Assembly (NCBI GenBank): GCA_963717465.1
Contig: OY970340.1
Span: forward strand, 1,504,001 to 1,568,000
Reading direction: 5' to 3'
Length of the DNA: 64,000 nucleotides
Source of the DNA: Candidatus Bathyarchaeota archaeon
GTDB lineage: Archaea > Thermoproteota > Bathyarchaeia > Bathyarchaeales > Bathycorpusculaceae
The position numbers and the translations under genes are program-made. The notes beneath the pieces were generated by a model that saw nothing but the letters and a program-made list of their open reading frames with translations, did no database searches and was not told the DNA's origin. The number at the start of each line of letters is the position of its first letter. Within the stretch, counting starts at the first letter, position 1. Shown piece by piece: positions 49,959 through 60,339 of this stretch.

Positions 49959-50321
49959 TTATTTCTTAAAGGCTAAACCTGAAAAAAACGCGACGATTTT
50001 GTCCTCTTTTTTAACTGTAACATTGTATAGCCCTGTTGTTTTCCCATCATTCATCCTGACTGCCTCAGCTGTTAAGGTATCTCCTTCGATTGACGGTTTA
50101 AGAAAATGTATGCTAACTTGCACTGCTACAGCGACGTTATCTCCAAAGTTGCATGCTTGGGCAAAAGCGTAATCTGCAAGGCTAAAGATTGCCCCGCCAT
50201 GCGTGAAGCCTAAAGCGTTCGTGTGATTCTTTTCAACCTTCATGGAAACTTTCGCATAACCATCCTTTGCTTCCAATAGTTTAATTCCCAAGTTTTCAGC
50301 AAACCAGTCTGTTCCCTTCAT
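49959..50321 (-). CDS. paaI: PaaI-family acyl-CoA thioesterase
   Basis: NALGFTHGGAIFSLAD hotdog motif. Confidence 0.88.
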   Translation of the reverse strand: MKGTDWFAENLGIKLLEAKDGYAKVSMKVEKNHTNALGFTHGGAIFSLADYAFAQACNFGDNVAVAVQVSIHFLKPSIEGDTLTAEAVRMNDGKTTGLYNVTVKKEDKIVAFFSGLAFKK

Positions 50322-51419
50322 TTATTCTTACTCTCCTTATTCTGCGGCTTCTCTTCAGTCATTATCCAATTATAGAGCTTGCGGAATAATGGTATTAAGC
50401 CTCCTGGACTAAAAATGACGATTAAAAGCAGAATTACACCTATTAGCAAATAAGTTATGGGCGGTCCAACATAGCTAATTTTTGGAAATAATGGTCCCAA
50501 CGAGTTATTAAGCGCTATTGTAACGCTCTGTGTTGCAAAAATTTGCTCTATTGATATCAAGAAAACTGAGCCGACTATTGGCCCTGCGACTGTGCCCAAG
50601 CCACCGATAACGCTCATTATAAGCGGGATAAATGACAGAGTCGGAGCAAAAATCGAGTTATCGACAAACCCGAAAAAATAAACGTACAATCCGCCAGCTA
50701 TGCCCGCAAAGAACGTGCTAATAACGAAGGCTATCAGCTTGTACTTAGCCGTGTTAATTCCAATCATTCTCGCCTCAGCCTCATTGCCATGAATCGCCCT
50801 AAAAGCAAAACCAATTCGTGACTTCATGAGCAAGTACATTATCCCAATGGATGAGACAGCAAAACAAATCACCAAGATATAAAATGCGTAACCGCTTGGC
50901 ACCAAGGTTACTGGCGGAAAACCGTTTATCCCATTTGTAACGGAATCAAACTGGTATGATATAGTAGTCAGCAATGACTGAGAAGCCAAACGTAACTATC
51001 GCCAGATACCAAGCTTTCAACCGTACACAAGCCAGCCCAATCAGCAAGCCAATTCCAGCTGATAAAAAGCCCCCGACGAGAATTACCAGAATCTGCAGTG
51101 AGACTGACAAAAGTCCTATAGGCATCGTATAGACACCTAATCCCAAAATGATTATAGTTGCTATTCTCGTGCCAATTATGGCTGACGCAAAACCTCCGAT
51201 GCCTAAAAACATGGCATGACCAAGGGAGCCCTGTCCTGAATTGGCCAAGAAATTCCAGCTTGCCGCATAAATCCCATAGATAAAAATTAGTGTAAACGTG
51301 TAAAGAAAGAAACTGCTTCTTATTAAAAAGGGAATTAGGGCCAAAATTATTATGGCGATTAGAAAAAATTGAAAGCTTTTTGAATGCAGAAAAGTGCCAG
51401 TTTTAGGTTTGCTTACCAT
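50318..51419 (-). CDS. livM: Branched-chain amino acid-type ABC permease LivM (frameshift near 50960)
   Basis: GQGSLGHAMFLGIG, YLAIVTFGF, IGGLGTVAGPIVG. Confidence 0.85.
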
Positions 51420-51420
51420 G

Positions 51421-52298
51421 TTATTCTCCTTTTTCGCCGAATAAGCCAGTAGGCTTGATAATGAGTACAATTATCAGCAAAGCAAACGCTATAGCGCTTG
51501 ACCAGATTCCACCAAGAAACAAAGTTGCCATCTGCTCAGTAATGCCATACAGTAAGCCAGCCGACGATTGCTCCTCGTATGCTTCCTAAGCCTCCCAGAA
51601 TAATTACTGCGAAAGCAATGATTGTTGGCATCTCCCCGCTTACATTATTAAATGAAAATACTATGCCGTAGAATCCTCCAGCTGCAGCAGCTAATGCGGT
51701 TCCTACCGCAAAAGCGATGATGTAAATTTTTTCAACGTTAATTCCCATAAGCATAGCTGTAAGACTAGATTGGCTGGTAGCTCTCATAGCTAATCCAATC
51801 TTTGTTCGATACATTAAAACTCCAAGGGCTAAGAGGATAATAACTACCGCCGCGATAACAACAAGAATGTCATAGCTAATAGAAATGTCTTGCAAGTTCA
51901 AACTTAAACCGTTAACAGGGCTCACAATCATGTGAGAGTTATTTCCCCAAAGAAGCACTGATGGCGTTTTCAAAGATGTAAATCAATCCAAGACTAACAA
52001 AAATCTCGTTCAACTTATCCGTGCCTAAGACCTTGCGAAAAGTAAACCGTTCAATAACGACACCTAGTACTGCGACGATTGCCATAGAGACAACAATAGC
52101 TACATAAGCGTTTAATCCAGCTTCAACTGAGATGGCCCAAGCGGCAAAAGCTCCAACGGTAAGAAACTGTCCATGGGCAAAATTCGCAAGTTTCATCACC
52201 CCAAAAATAATGTTTAGCCCAGTTGCTAAAAGCATGTAGACGCAGCCAATGGCCACACCCCAGATTAAAGCGAAGATGAAAGTCGATGCTATTATCAT
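51421..52298 (-). CDS. livH: ABC permease LivH (two frameshifts)
   Basis: GLNIIFGVMKLANFAHG, IGLAMRATS, ILGGLGS. Confidence 0.85.
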
Positions 52299-52422
52299 GC
52301 TAAACCTTTTTCCTCTTTGCCATAATCAATTGGCATTTGGCTCATCTATTTCTCACAAAAGTATTTAAAACATATTCGTTTCGAAACCAAAAGAAAAAAG
52401 GAATTGTGATAGGAAGGCTTGT

Positions 52423-53851
52423 TTAGCTTCCAGAGACGTATCCGTCTGGCAGAGTGAAGGTCGTTTGATTAAAGTCGCTTATGCCTGCAGCAGTTGATGG
52501 CCAGATGATTTTAGACTGCAATTTGTTAGTTGTTGAGTTCAGATAGAGTTGCTCCATGAACGTTATTGGCTGTATTTCATGATAGCTGATGCCTATACTG
52601 CTAGAAGTTCCGTTGCCTGTGCTGAACTGTATTTTGCCAGTCTGCGTAAGTATGAGGCTATCAGGCATATTCGTGTTCTCTAATGCATCGCGAACAGATG
52701 CTTTATCAACTGTTCCTGCACTTTCGATTGCTGCTTTAGCGATGTAAAATGCATCGTAAGTGTCAGCGCCCATCATTCCAGGCATCACTCCTAAGTCTGC
52801 GTTAAATGTCGTTGCGTAAGTTCCAACTGCTGATGAGTACGAAGGCATCATGAATGGATCCATTTTTGACTCCAGCAGAGTACCATTTCCCTCGGCCATA
52901 TTACCCATGCCTTCAAGTAAACTATAGAACTGTGGGTCTTGATTGTTCTCGACTGCAACGTAAACAGTTTTTAGTCCAACAGTAACTCCATCCTTCCTGA
53001 ATTAACGACGGTGTTAAGTTTGGGTTTTCAGCGACAAATACTGCATCCGGATTTGCAGCTTTAGCATTGTCAAGTGCGATTGCTGCGCTTGGATATAGTC
53101 AGTTACGACATGCAGTGTACCCTTGGTCAGCCACGACAGTGATTGGCAGACTTTCGTTTTGTATCCAGTATTTGGTTGCTTTATCAACGCTTTGGCCGAA
53201 AGCGTCATTTCGGTAGACTATGGCAAGGCTGAAGTTTCGATCAGGTGCGACAATTGGTTTCATTACTTGGGTAAAGAAATCAACTACTGTTTTAGTGTAG
53301 TCGTAGGTTGTGGTGCAATAGTGGAACATGTAACTCATTCCATCAGCATCGGTGATACTGGTGCTTGCTGTAGCTCCCTCGCCGCCATAGTTGCCTTGTG
53401 GTCCGCGTCTTGTTACAAGAGGGTTTGACGCACCGGTTATTATGAAGGGAATCTTATCTTGTATTGCCACGACTTCATCAGCGAGTGTTGCTGCGCTGCC
53501 ATATCCGCCAATGAACATGTCAACAGGAGTTTGGCTCTCTAATTGACTTACTGCTGTTTCAGCGGCAGATCCAGAAGAATCAGTGCCTGTGTCAGCGACT
53601 GCCAAAGTTATGTTTACTTTTGTACGCCAACTGGAAACGTAAACGCCGCCTTGATCGTTAATTTGATTAACAGCCAACTGAGCCGCGTGATCCATATCTT
53701 GTCCTATTGAGGTTGACATAGGTGCAACTAAGCCAATTACAATGCTTCTTGCGTCTGGTGAAGGTTCAATGTATTGAGTGTATACTACTACTCCTACTGC
53801 AGCTATGATGATTATTACAATTACGATTATAGCTATTGTTTTTCTTAGCAT
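52423..53851 (-). CDS. LivK-type ABC substrate-binding protein (several frameshifts 52910-53110)
   Basis: N-terminal anchor, IGLVAPMS, LAVNQIN, IGGYGS, NDAFG; C-terminal TYDAFYIAKAAIESAG. Confidence 0.8.
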
Positions 53852-53907
53852 TTTTCTTCTTTCTCCTCAATTTTTCTGTAGTAAATGATAACGTAAGATT
53901 AATAAAA

Positions 53908-54495
53908 CTATCTTAAGACAGTCTGTCTACCAAGCTGAAAAGCCTTCAAATTCACGTTAACGTACTTATCCTTCAGTCTGCTGCTCATCGCTTTTTCAAA
54001 AGATTCTTTCTTCACTGGAATCTCAGATAAAGCCGAAAGAGCACCTAAAAGAACAGTATTAACAACCAGTAAATTTCCCAGTTGCTCAGCGATTCCGTTG
54101 CCATCAACCTCATGGACCTTTAGAGCTTTGGCTTTTATGATTTGCATTAACTCTTGGCTTGTTTTTGGTTTAGCACTGCTAAGCGTGCAGTTAGGCGGCA
54201 TGTACTTCATGTTCACTACAACTGAACCTTCGCTCTTTAGCATAGGCAGAGTTCTTGCAGTTTCCAAAATCTCAAACCCAACTACAACATCAGCTTTCCC
54301 ATGCTCAATCAGTGGTGACTCAACTTTGTCGCCGATTCGCGCGTAAGCAACTATTGAACCGCCACGCTGAGCCATCCCGTGAACTTCAGCTTTTGCAACA
54401 TCAAAGCCGTCCAGCATGGCTGCCTCACAGTAAATATCGCTTAAAACAACAACTCCTTGCCCCCCAACGCCTGAAAAAATAACGTCTAACTTCAT
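53908..54495 (-). CDS. iorB: Indolepyruvate:ferredoxin oxidoreductase beta subunit
   Basis: GVGGQGVV, EVHGMAQRGGS. Confidence 0.93.
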   Translation of the reverse strand: MKLDVIFSGVGGQGVVVLSDIYCEAAMLDGFDVAKAEVHGMAQRGGSIVAYARIGDKVESPLIEHGKADVVVGFEILETARTLPMLKSEGSVVVNMKYMPPNCTLSSAKPKTSQELMQIIKAKALKVHEVDGNGIAEQLGNLLVVNTVLLGALSALSEIPVKKESFEKAMSSRLKDKYVNVNLKAFQLGRQTVLR

Positions 54496-56684
54496 TTCTC
54501 TTTTCTCCCAACAGCGTCAAAAGGGCAAATCGCTTCACACACGCCGCATCCATAACAAAGCGTTGGATCAATTTCCGCATGCTCTCCAGATAAGGATATG
54601 GCTGGGCAACCGAAAGCTTTCACGCATAACCCACATGCATTACATTCATCTTTAACCTTCCTTATCTGACCTTTACTGATTAAAAGCGGACATGGTCTCT
54701 GAGAAATAACCACAGACGGCCCATTATAAACAAGCACATCCCTTAACACTTTAATCGTGCCATCAACATCATAAGGGTCAACAACATCTACCCTGTCAAT
54801 TCCAAGTCCCTTGGCAACGTCAATGAGTCTGACTATTTTAGCGTCTTGACCCATCGCTGTTTTCCCAGAAGCAGGTGTTGGCTGATGACCAGTCATAGCA
54901 ACAATATTATTATCAAGAATAACCACGCAGACATTAGCCTTATTATAAACTATATTCAACAAGCCAGGCATGCCAGCGTGAAAAAAAGTGGAATCTCCAA
55001 TAACTGCAAAAACCTTATCATCAACACCTGCATGAACCATTCCAGCAGCTTGAGAAATTCCTGCCCCCATGCAGAGGCATGTTTGAACCGCGTTAACTGG
55101 TGGCAAAACGCCTAAAGTGTAACAGCCAATGTCGCCTGTAACAATTTTGTCTTTCGATTTTCCTGTCAGTGTTAAAGCGTTTTCAGGGCAAAGCTGAATA
55201 CATTTTGGATCGCCTTGACAGGTATCGCAAATTATAATTTTCTTCTTGCTTGGATGCAACGTGATGGCTCCGTACTCGCAGGATTCGATGCACCAGCCGC
55301 AACCATTGCATTCATCTTCGTAGACATTTATTATTCCTGTTTCTTTTGACTGCGTTAATGCGTTTTTCGGGCAAGATTTCACGCATGGTGCGTTAAAGCA
55401 TGTTTTGCAGGTTATTGCTGTGTTAAAGGTTTGGCTCAAACGCAGCGAGCGGATACGCGATTTTAAGGGGTTAAAGACTTTTTCTTTCTCATAGCTGCAG
55501 GCGTACTCGCATATATCGCATCCTACACATTTTTGACTGTCGCAATTAACGAATGGATTAACCATTCCTAAAGCGTAATAAAACGCTCTATGCGGGCAAC
55601 CTGGGCAAAGAACTGGTGGACGTGGCGGCAAATCTAAAATCTCTTTTTTCTTAGCCTTCTCCGCTAATCCCAAGTTTGCAAATGCTTCGCGTATCGCGTC
55701 GGGAGTAAATTCGCCGATTTCTTCTAACTTTAACGCTTTTTTGCCAGAAATATCCAGCCTCAACCGCTGAATGTTTTCTTCAAGATATGGCCTTAATTCC
55801 TCAATCACAATTAGCTTCTTTACTTTAGCCGCAAACTTCTTCACTATCGCATCTGGAAAGGGATACACAAAGCCGAGTTTTAACCAAGAAAACCTTTTCG
55901 CATCTAGTACAGAACGCGTGTAGTAATAACCTACCCCGCTTCCAACAATACCCACATCACTGTTATTGTCTTCAATGGAGTTGAATCTTGATTTTTCGGC
56001 AAGCTTTTTTGCCTCCACTAACCTGCCCTCCAAAATTCTATGTTGCCTAATGGCGTTGGAAGGCACCATGACCCATTTTTCGCCTTTTTTATCAAACTCT
56101 ACTCTTCGGGTGATTCTCTGGAACTCGCCCATTTTTACTCTTGCTTTTCCATGGGCAACTCGAGTGGTAAGCCTCAAAATTACGGGTAGATTTAATTCTT
56201 CGCTTAGTTCAAACGCATCCCTTGCCATGTCTAAAGCTTCCTGAGGGTTTCCAGCATCCAACAAAGGCAGTTTCGAATGAACCGCGAAAAATCTAGTATC
56301 CTGCTCATTTTGGCTACTGTGCAAGGCTGGATCATCGCATATTGCGATTAACATTCCGCCTACCACACCAGTGTAAGCCAGCGTCATTGCAGCGTCCGCA
56401 GCGACGTTTAATCCAACATGCTTCATGGATACGATTGCTCTTGCACCACTCATCGAAGCGCCTGCCGCAACTTCTGTTGCGACAATCTCGTTAACGCTCC
56501 ATTCAGCGTAGATGTCGCGTTCTTTTGCAGCTTCAGCAAGAGCTTCTAAAATCTCAGTTGCGGGAGTGCCAGGATAAGAAGCAGCAACCTTAACGCCTGC
56601 TTCAATTGCCCCTCTTGCAACTGCTTCATCGCCGTTAAGCAGGGCATAACTGCCAGGCTTAGCCACTGCAATCTTTGAAGTCAT
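54492..56684 (-). CDS. iorA: Indolepyruvate:ferredoxin oxidoreductase alpha subunit with an internal 16-Cys ferredoxin insert
   Basis: YPGTP, MKHVGLN, SSQNEQD, RPPVLCPGCPHR, GDIGC, GDSTFFH, C-terminal 2x4Fe-4S. Confidence 0.93.
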   Translation of the reverse strand: MTSKIAVAKPGSYALLNGDEAVARGAIEAGVKVAASYPGTPATEILEALAEAAKERDIYAEWSVNEIVATEVAAGASMSGARAIVSMKHVGLNVAADAAMTLAYTGVVGGMLIAICDDPALHSSQNEQDTRFFAVHSKLPLLDAGNPQEALDMARDAFELSEELNLPVILRLTTRVAHGKARVKMGEFQRITRRVEFDKKGEKWVMVPSNAIRQHRILEGRLVEAKKLAEKSRFNSIEDNNSDVGIVGSGVGYYYTRSVLDAKRFSWLKLGFVYPFPDAIVKKFAAKVKKLIVIEELRPYLEENIQRLRLDISGKKALKLEEIGEFTPDAIREAFANLGLAEKAKKKEILDLPPRPPVLCPGCPHRAFYYALGMVNPFVNCDSQKCVGCDICEYACSYEKEKVFNPLKSRIRSLRLSQTFNTAITCKTCFNAPCVKSCPKNALTQSKETGIINVYEDECNGCGWCIESCEYGAITLHPSKKKIIICDTCQGDPKCIQLCPENALTLTGKSKDKIVTGDIGCYTLGVLPPVNAVQTCLCMGAGISQAAGMVHAGVDDKVFAVIGDSTFFHAGMPGLLNIVYNKANVCVVILDNNIVAMTGHQPTPASGKTAMGQDAKIVRLIDVAKGLGIDRVDVVDPYDVDGTIKVLRDVLVYNGPSVVISQRPCPLLISKGQIRKVKDECNACGLCVKAFGCPAISLSGEHAEIDPTLCYGCGVCEAICPFDAVGRKEK

Positions 56685-56696
56685 AAATTTGATCCT

Positions 56697-58028
56697 TTAC
56701 ATTTTGCCCTTTCGTAAATCTAACACTCTTTTTGCTTTTCCTTCAGTTCTCGGAATTTCTCCGCACTTTACGATTTCAACATCCGCGGTCAATCCGGTGA
56801 CAATGTGAATTCTCTGCTGAATATCATTTTTAAGAGCATTCTTGTCTATCTTCGAATTCTTAGAGGCTTGATCTGACAGTTCAACTTTAACAAGGAAAGT
56901 ATCTAATGCCCCTGGTCTATCTAGAATGATTTGGTATTGAGTGGCTAATTCTGAGAAACACATCACAGCATACTCTATCTGCGAGGGAAAAACGTTCACT
57001 CCCCTAACGATTAGCATGTCATCAGACCTGCCGTGCACGCGCATCATTCTTGCATGCGTGCGACCGCACTTACACACGTCTGTTTCTATCTTAGAAATGT
57101 CTCGTGTTCTGTAGCGAAGCATCGGTAAACCTGTTTTTGTAAGCGTAGTAAATACGAGTTCACCTTCTTCTCCAGCAGGCAATGGTTCGCCTGTATCAGG
57201 ATCAATTGTTTCAACGATAAAGTGATCTTCCCAAATGTGCAAGCCCTTATGCTCGGGGCACTCAACTGAGACGCCTGGTCCGCATAGTTCAGTTAAACCG
57301 TAAATGTCAAACGCTTCGATTCCAAGTTCCTGCTCAATTCTCTCCCTAATCTTATCTGACCAAGGTTCAGCCCCGAAGAGTCCCAGTCTTAATTTGAGGT
57401 CTTTTTTCGGGTTTATGCCTTCCTGAGCCATGGTTTCCGCAAGGTAAACGGCAAAGCTCGGTGTGCAGGCTAATGTTGTTACGCCCAGGTCTTTCATCAG
57501 TTTGATTTGTCTTTGTGTCATTCCGCCGCTTGCAGGAATTATTTTGGTTCCGATTTTTTGTGCACCATAATGGAATCCAAGTCCGCCTGTAAATAATCCG
57601 TAACCGTACGCGATATGGATAACGTCATTTGGTCTAGCGCCAGCAGCGTATATTGAACGTGCCATTAGTTCCTGCCATACATCCATGTCTTCTTTTGTGT
57701 AGGCACCAATTATAGGGTTTCCTGTAGTTCCGCTTGAAGCATGAATTTCGACGATTTCATCGGATTTCACGGTTACCATTCCAAACGGGTAGTTATCTCT
57801 TAAGTCGCTTTTCACGGTGAAAGGAATTTTTCTTATGTCTTCAAGCGATTTTATGTCTTCTGGCTTTAGGTCGATACTGTCAAATTTCTTTCTGTAAAAA
57901 GCGCTGTTGCTATAGCAGTGTTTCACCATTTGTTTAAGCTTTTTTAATTGACTTGTTCTTATTTCCTTACTGGGCATTGTTTCAATTTTGTTCCAATACT
58001 GATTCGTTACTTTTCCCCCTGCTTTCAA
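56697..58028 (-). CDS. paaK: Phenylacetate-CoA ligase
   Basis: HASSGTTG, YGYGLFTGGLG, DIYGLTE, RYRTRD, GVNVFPSQIE. Confidence 0.93.
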   Translation of the reverse strand: MKAGGKVTNQYWNKIETMPSKEIRTSQLKKLKQMVKHCYSNSAFYRKKFDSIDLKPEDIKSLEDIRKIPFTVKSDLRDNYPFGMVTVKSDEIVEIHASSGTTGNPIIGAYTKEDMDVWQELMARSIYAAGARPNDVIHIAYGYGLFTGGLGFHYGAQKIGTKIIPASGGMTQRQIKLMKDLGVTTLACTPSFAVYLAETMAQEGINPKKDLKLRLGLFGAEPWSDKIRERIEQELGIEAFDIYGLTELCGPGVSVECPEHKGLHIWEDHFIVETIDPDTGEPLPAGEEGELVFTTLTKTGLPMLRYRTRDISKIETDVCKCGRTHARMMRVHGRSDDMLIVRGVNVFPSQIEYAVMCFSELATQYQIILDRPGALDTFLVKVELSDQASKNSKIDKNALKNDIQQRIHIVTGLTADVEIVKCGEIPRTEGKAKRVLDLRKGKM

Positions 58029-58729
58029 AGTCCAAGGTACACTTCCTTAATATGACTATTAGTTAGTAGTTCCCTGCTTTTTCCTTCTAAAATTATTTTT
58101 CCTTCTTCAAGAACGTATCCGCGGTCAGCAATGTTTAATGATTCATGGATATTCTGTTCAACCAACAAGACAGTTACTCCTTCCTCATTGATTTTGCGAA
58201 CTGTATCCAAAACTTTCTCGACAATAATCGGCGCTAAGCCTAATGACGGTTCATCAAGAATCAGTAGTTTAGGGTTAGACATTAAGCTCCTGCAGACAAC
58301 AAGCATTTGCTGCTCGCCGCCGCTGAGAGTTTGAGCAAGCGCTTTTTCCTTCTTTTTCAATACTGGGAAGATTTCGTAGACTTTTTCTTTTGTTTCTTTA
58401 ACTTTGGCTCTGCCCTTTACCGTGTAGCCGCCTAAAAGCAGGTTCTCCTCAACAGTCATTTTAGGAAAGATTTCCCTGCCTTCAGGAATCATTGTTAATC
58501 CCCTCTTTACTATTTCGTTAGTGGCAAGTTTCTCGATGTTTTTTCCATCGAAGCGTATTACTCCCTTTTTAGGATGAAGCAAACCCATGATTGTTTTTAC
58601 AAGGGTAGTTTTTCCAGCTCCGTTAGGTCCAATGATGCTGACGATTTCCTTTTCTTCAATGCGAAATGACAAATCGCGCAGTATCTGCACCATGCCATAA
58701 CCCGCTGAAACGTTTTCAACTTCTAACAT
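58025..58729 (-). CDS. livF: ABC ATPase LivF
   Basis: GPNGAGKTT, LSGGEQQM, LDEPSLGLAP. Confidence 0.92.
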   Translation of the reverse strand: MLEVENVSAGYGMVQILRDLSFRIEEKEIVSIIGPNGAGKTTLVKTIMGLLHPKKGVIRFDGKNIEKLATNEIVKRGLTMIPEGREIFPKMTVEENLLLGGYTVKGRAKVKETKEKVYEIFPVLKKKEKALAQTLSGGEQQMLVVCRSLMSNPKLLILDEPSLGLAPIIVEKVLDTVRKINEEGVTVLLVEQNIHESLNIADRGYVLEEGKIILEGKSRELLTNSHIKEVYLGL

Positions 58730-58730
58730 C

Positions 58731-59462
58731 TTAATCCTCGCCGAAGTTGAATCTCTTTCCCAAATACACTTTTACAACGTTTTCGTTGCAAACTATTTCT
58801 TTTGGGGCTCCTTCGCAGATTTTTTCTCCATGATGAAGAACAATGACTCGATTGCATAATCCCATGATTACTTTCATTACATGCTCTACCATGAGAATGG
58901 TTACGCCTTGCTTGTTGATTAGCCTAATTAAGCTTATTGCTTCATCAGATTCCTTAGGCGTCAAGCCAGTGAGAAGTTCATCTAACAAGAGCAATTTAGG
59001 GTTTGTAGCCAAAGCCTTAGCAAGTTGAATCCGCCTCAGTTCAACAACGTTTAGATTTTTCGCTTTAGTGTTAAATTTCTCCTTACTTAAACCAACAAAT
59101 TCCAAAAATTCTTGAGATTTGCTTAATTGTTCATTTCTAGCGAGTTTTTGGTTAAAAAGCAAACTTGTTAATACATTTTCAACGGCCGTCATTTCTGGGA
59201 ATGATTGGACTGTTTGTGCAGTCTTAGTGATACCTCTCCTACAGATTGCATATGGCCGGAGCTTCGTTATTTCCTTATCCAAAAAAATTATTTTGCCTGA
59301 ATCCGGCTTGTAAACGCCGCTGATTAAGTTTAAAAGGGTTGATTTTCCAGAGCCGTTTGGCCCAACAAGTCCAGCGATTTCACCCTGGTTAACGGTTAAG
59401 TCTACTTTTTTTAATGCTTGAAGCCCTCCAAACTGTTTTGAGACTTCTATGCACGTTAACAA
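58731..59462 (-). CDS. livG: ABC ATPase LivG
   Basis: FGGLQAL, GPNGSGKST, LLLLDE, VEHVM. Confidence 0.9.
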   Translation of the reverse strand: MLTCIEVSKQFGGLQALKKVDLTVNQGEIAGLVGPNGSGKSTLLNLISGVYKPDSGKIIFLDKEITKLRPYAICRRGITKTAQTVQSFPEMTAVENVLTSLLFNQKLARNEQLSKSQEFLEFVGLSKEKFNTKAKNLNVVELRRIQLAKALATNPKLLLLDELLTGLTPKESDEAISLIRLINKQGVTILMVEHVMKVIMGLCNRVIVLHHGEKICEGAPKEIVCNENVVKVYLGKRFNFGED

Positions 59463-59616
59463 TCCGTAGACTCACCCAATTTCGTTAAGTTAGTGCAAAA
59501 GTGAAAATATAAATATTCTTCAATTCAACATGGCACGGAAAATAAAACTCGGATAGTCTTTTTAGAAAAAGAATCTATAAATATTGTTTATAACAAAATC
59601 AGTACAGGGTGCCTGT

Positions 59617-60063
59617 TTGACTATACCTCAAGTAAGCGTATTCCTGGATAATCATCCTGGATCCCTTCATGACGTAATGATGCAGTTAGACAAGAATCAA
59701 ATCAAAGTTTTCGCCTTATCCATCGCAGATGCAGGCGAATTTGGCTTAGTGCGAATGATAACTCAAAAACCTCAAAAGACAATTCAACTTCTTGAAGACG
59801 CAGAATTTAACCTTGCAAAATCTAAAAAGAACACTGAAGCCACCGCAGTTTTCATTACTGAAGAAGACAATCTGTCAAAGATAACAAAAATCCTCGGAGA
59901 GGGCGGCATAAACATTGAATATGCATATTCTTCAGCAATCCATGTAGAAGGCAAAATTGCATTAATACTACGACCCAGCAATATTGAGAAAGCCGAGCAA
60001 ATGCTAACAGCTAAAGGCATATTCATCCTTTCACTTGACCAAATCGAAAAATACTTCCAATAA
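59617..60063 (+). CDS. Tandem ACT-domain protein
   Basis: QVSVFLDNHPGSL...ALSIADAGEFGLVR...GINIEYAYS; commonly linked to paaK. Confidence 0.85.
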   Translation: MTIPQVSVFLDNHPGSLHDVMMQLDKNQIKVFALSIADAGEFGLVRMITQKPQKTIQLLEDAEFNLAKSKKNTEATAVFITEEDNLSKITKILGEGGINIEYAYSSAIHVEGKIALILRPSNIEKAEQMLTAKGIFILSLDQIEKYFQ

Positions 60064-60339
60064 ATAACAAAGAACCTACAGATTTCAATAGATTAGCGAG
60101 TTTAAATCGCATGACGATATCAATAACTTTTTCAATTTGGGCTGCATTCTGCCATGGAAAGTTCACGAAGCATTTGTAAACGCTAAACTTGCGCCTTATC
60201 TTGGTTTCTCGCGCACCCGAACAGTTTGGCACTTTCGTTAATAGAAGACAATAGGAAGTGTTCTTGCAGAGATCATGGCGTAACATTGCTTTAAATCTTT
60301 AACTATTTCGTTGCTAACATAAAATAAGAGTGGTCTCGG

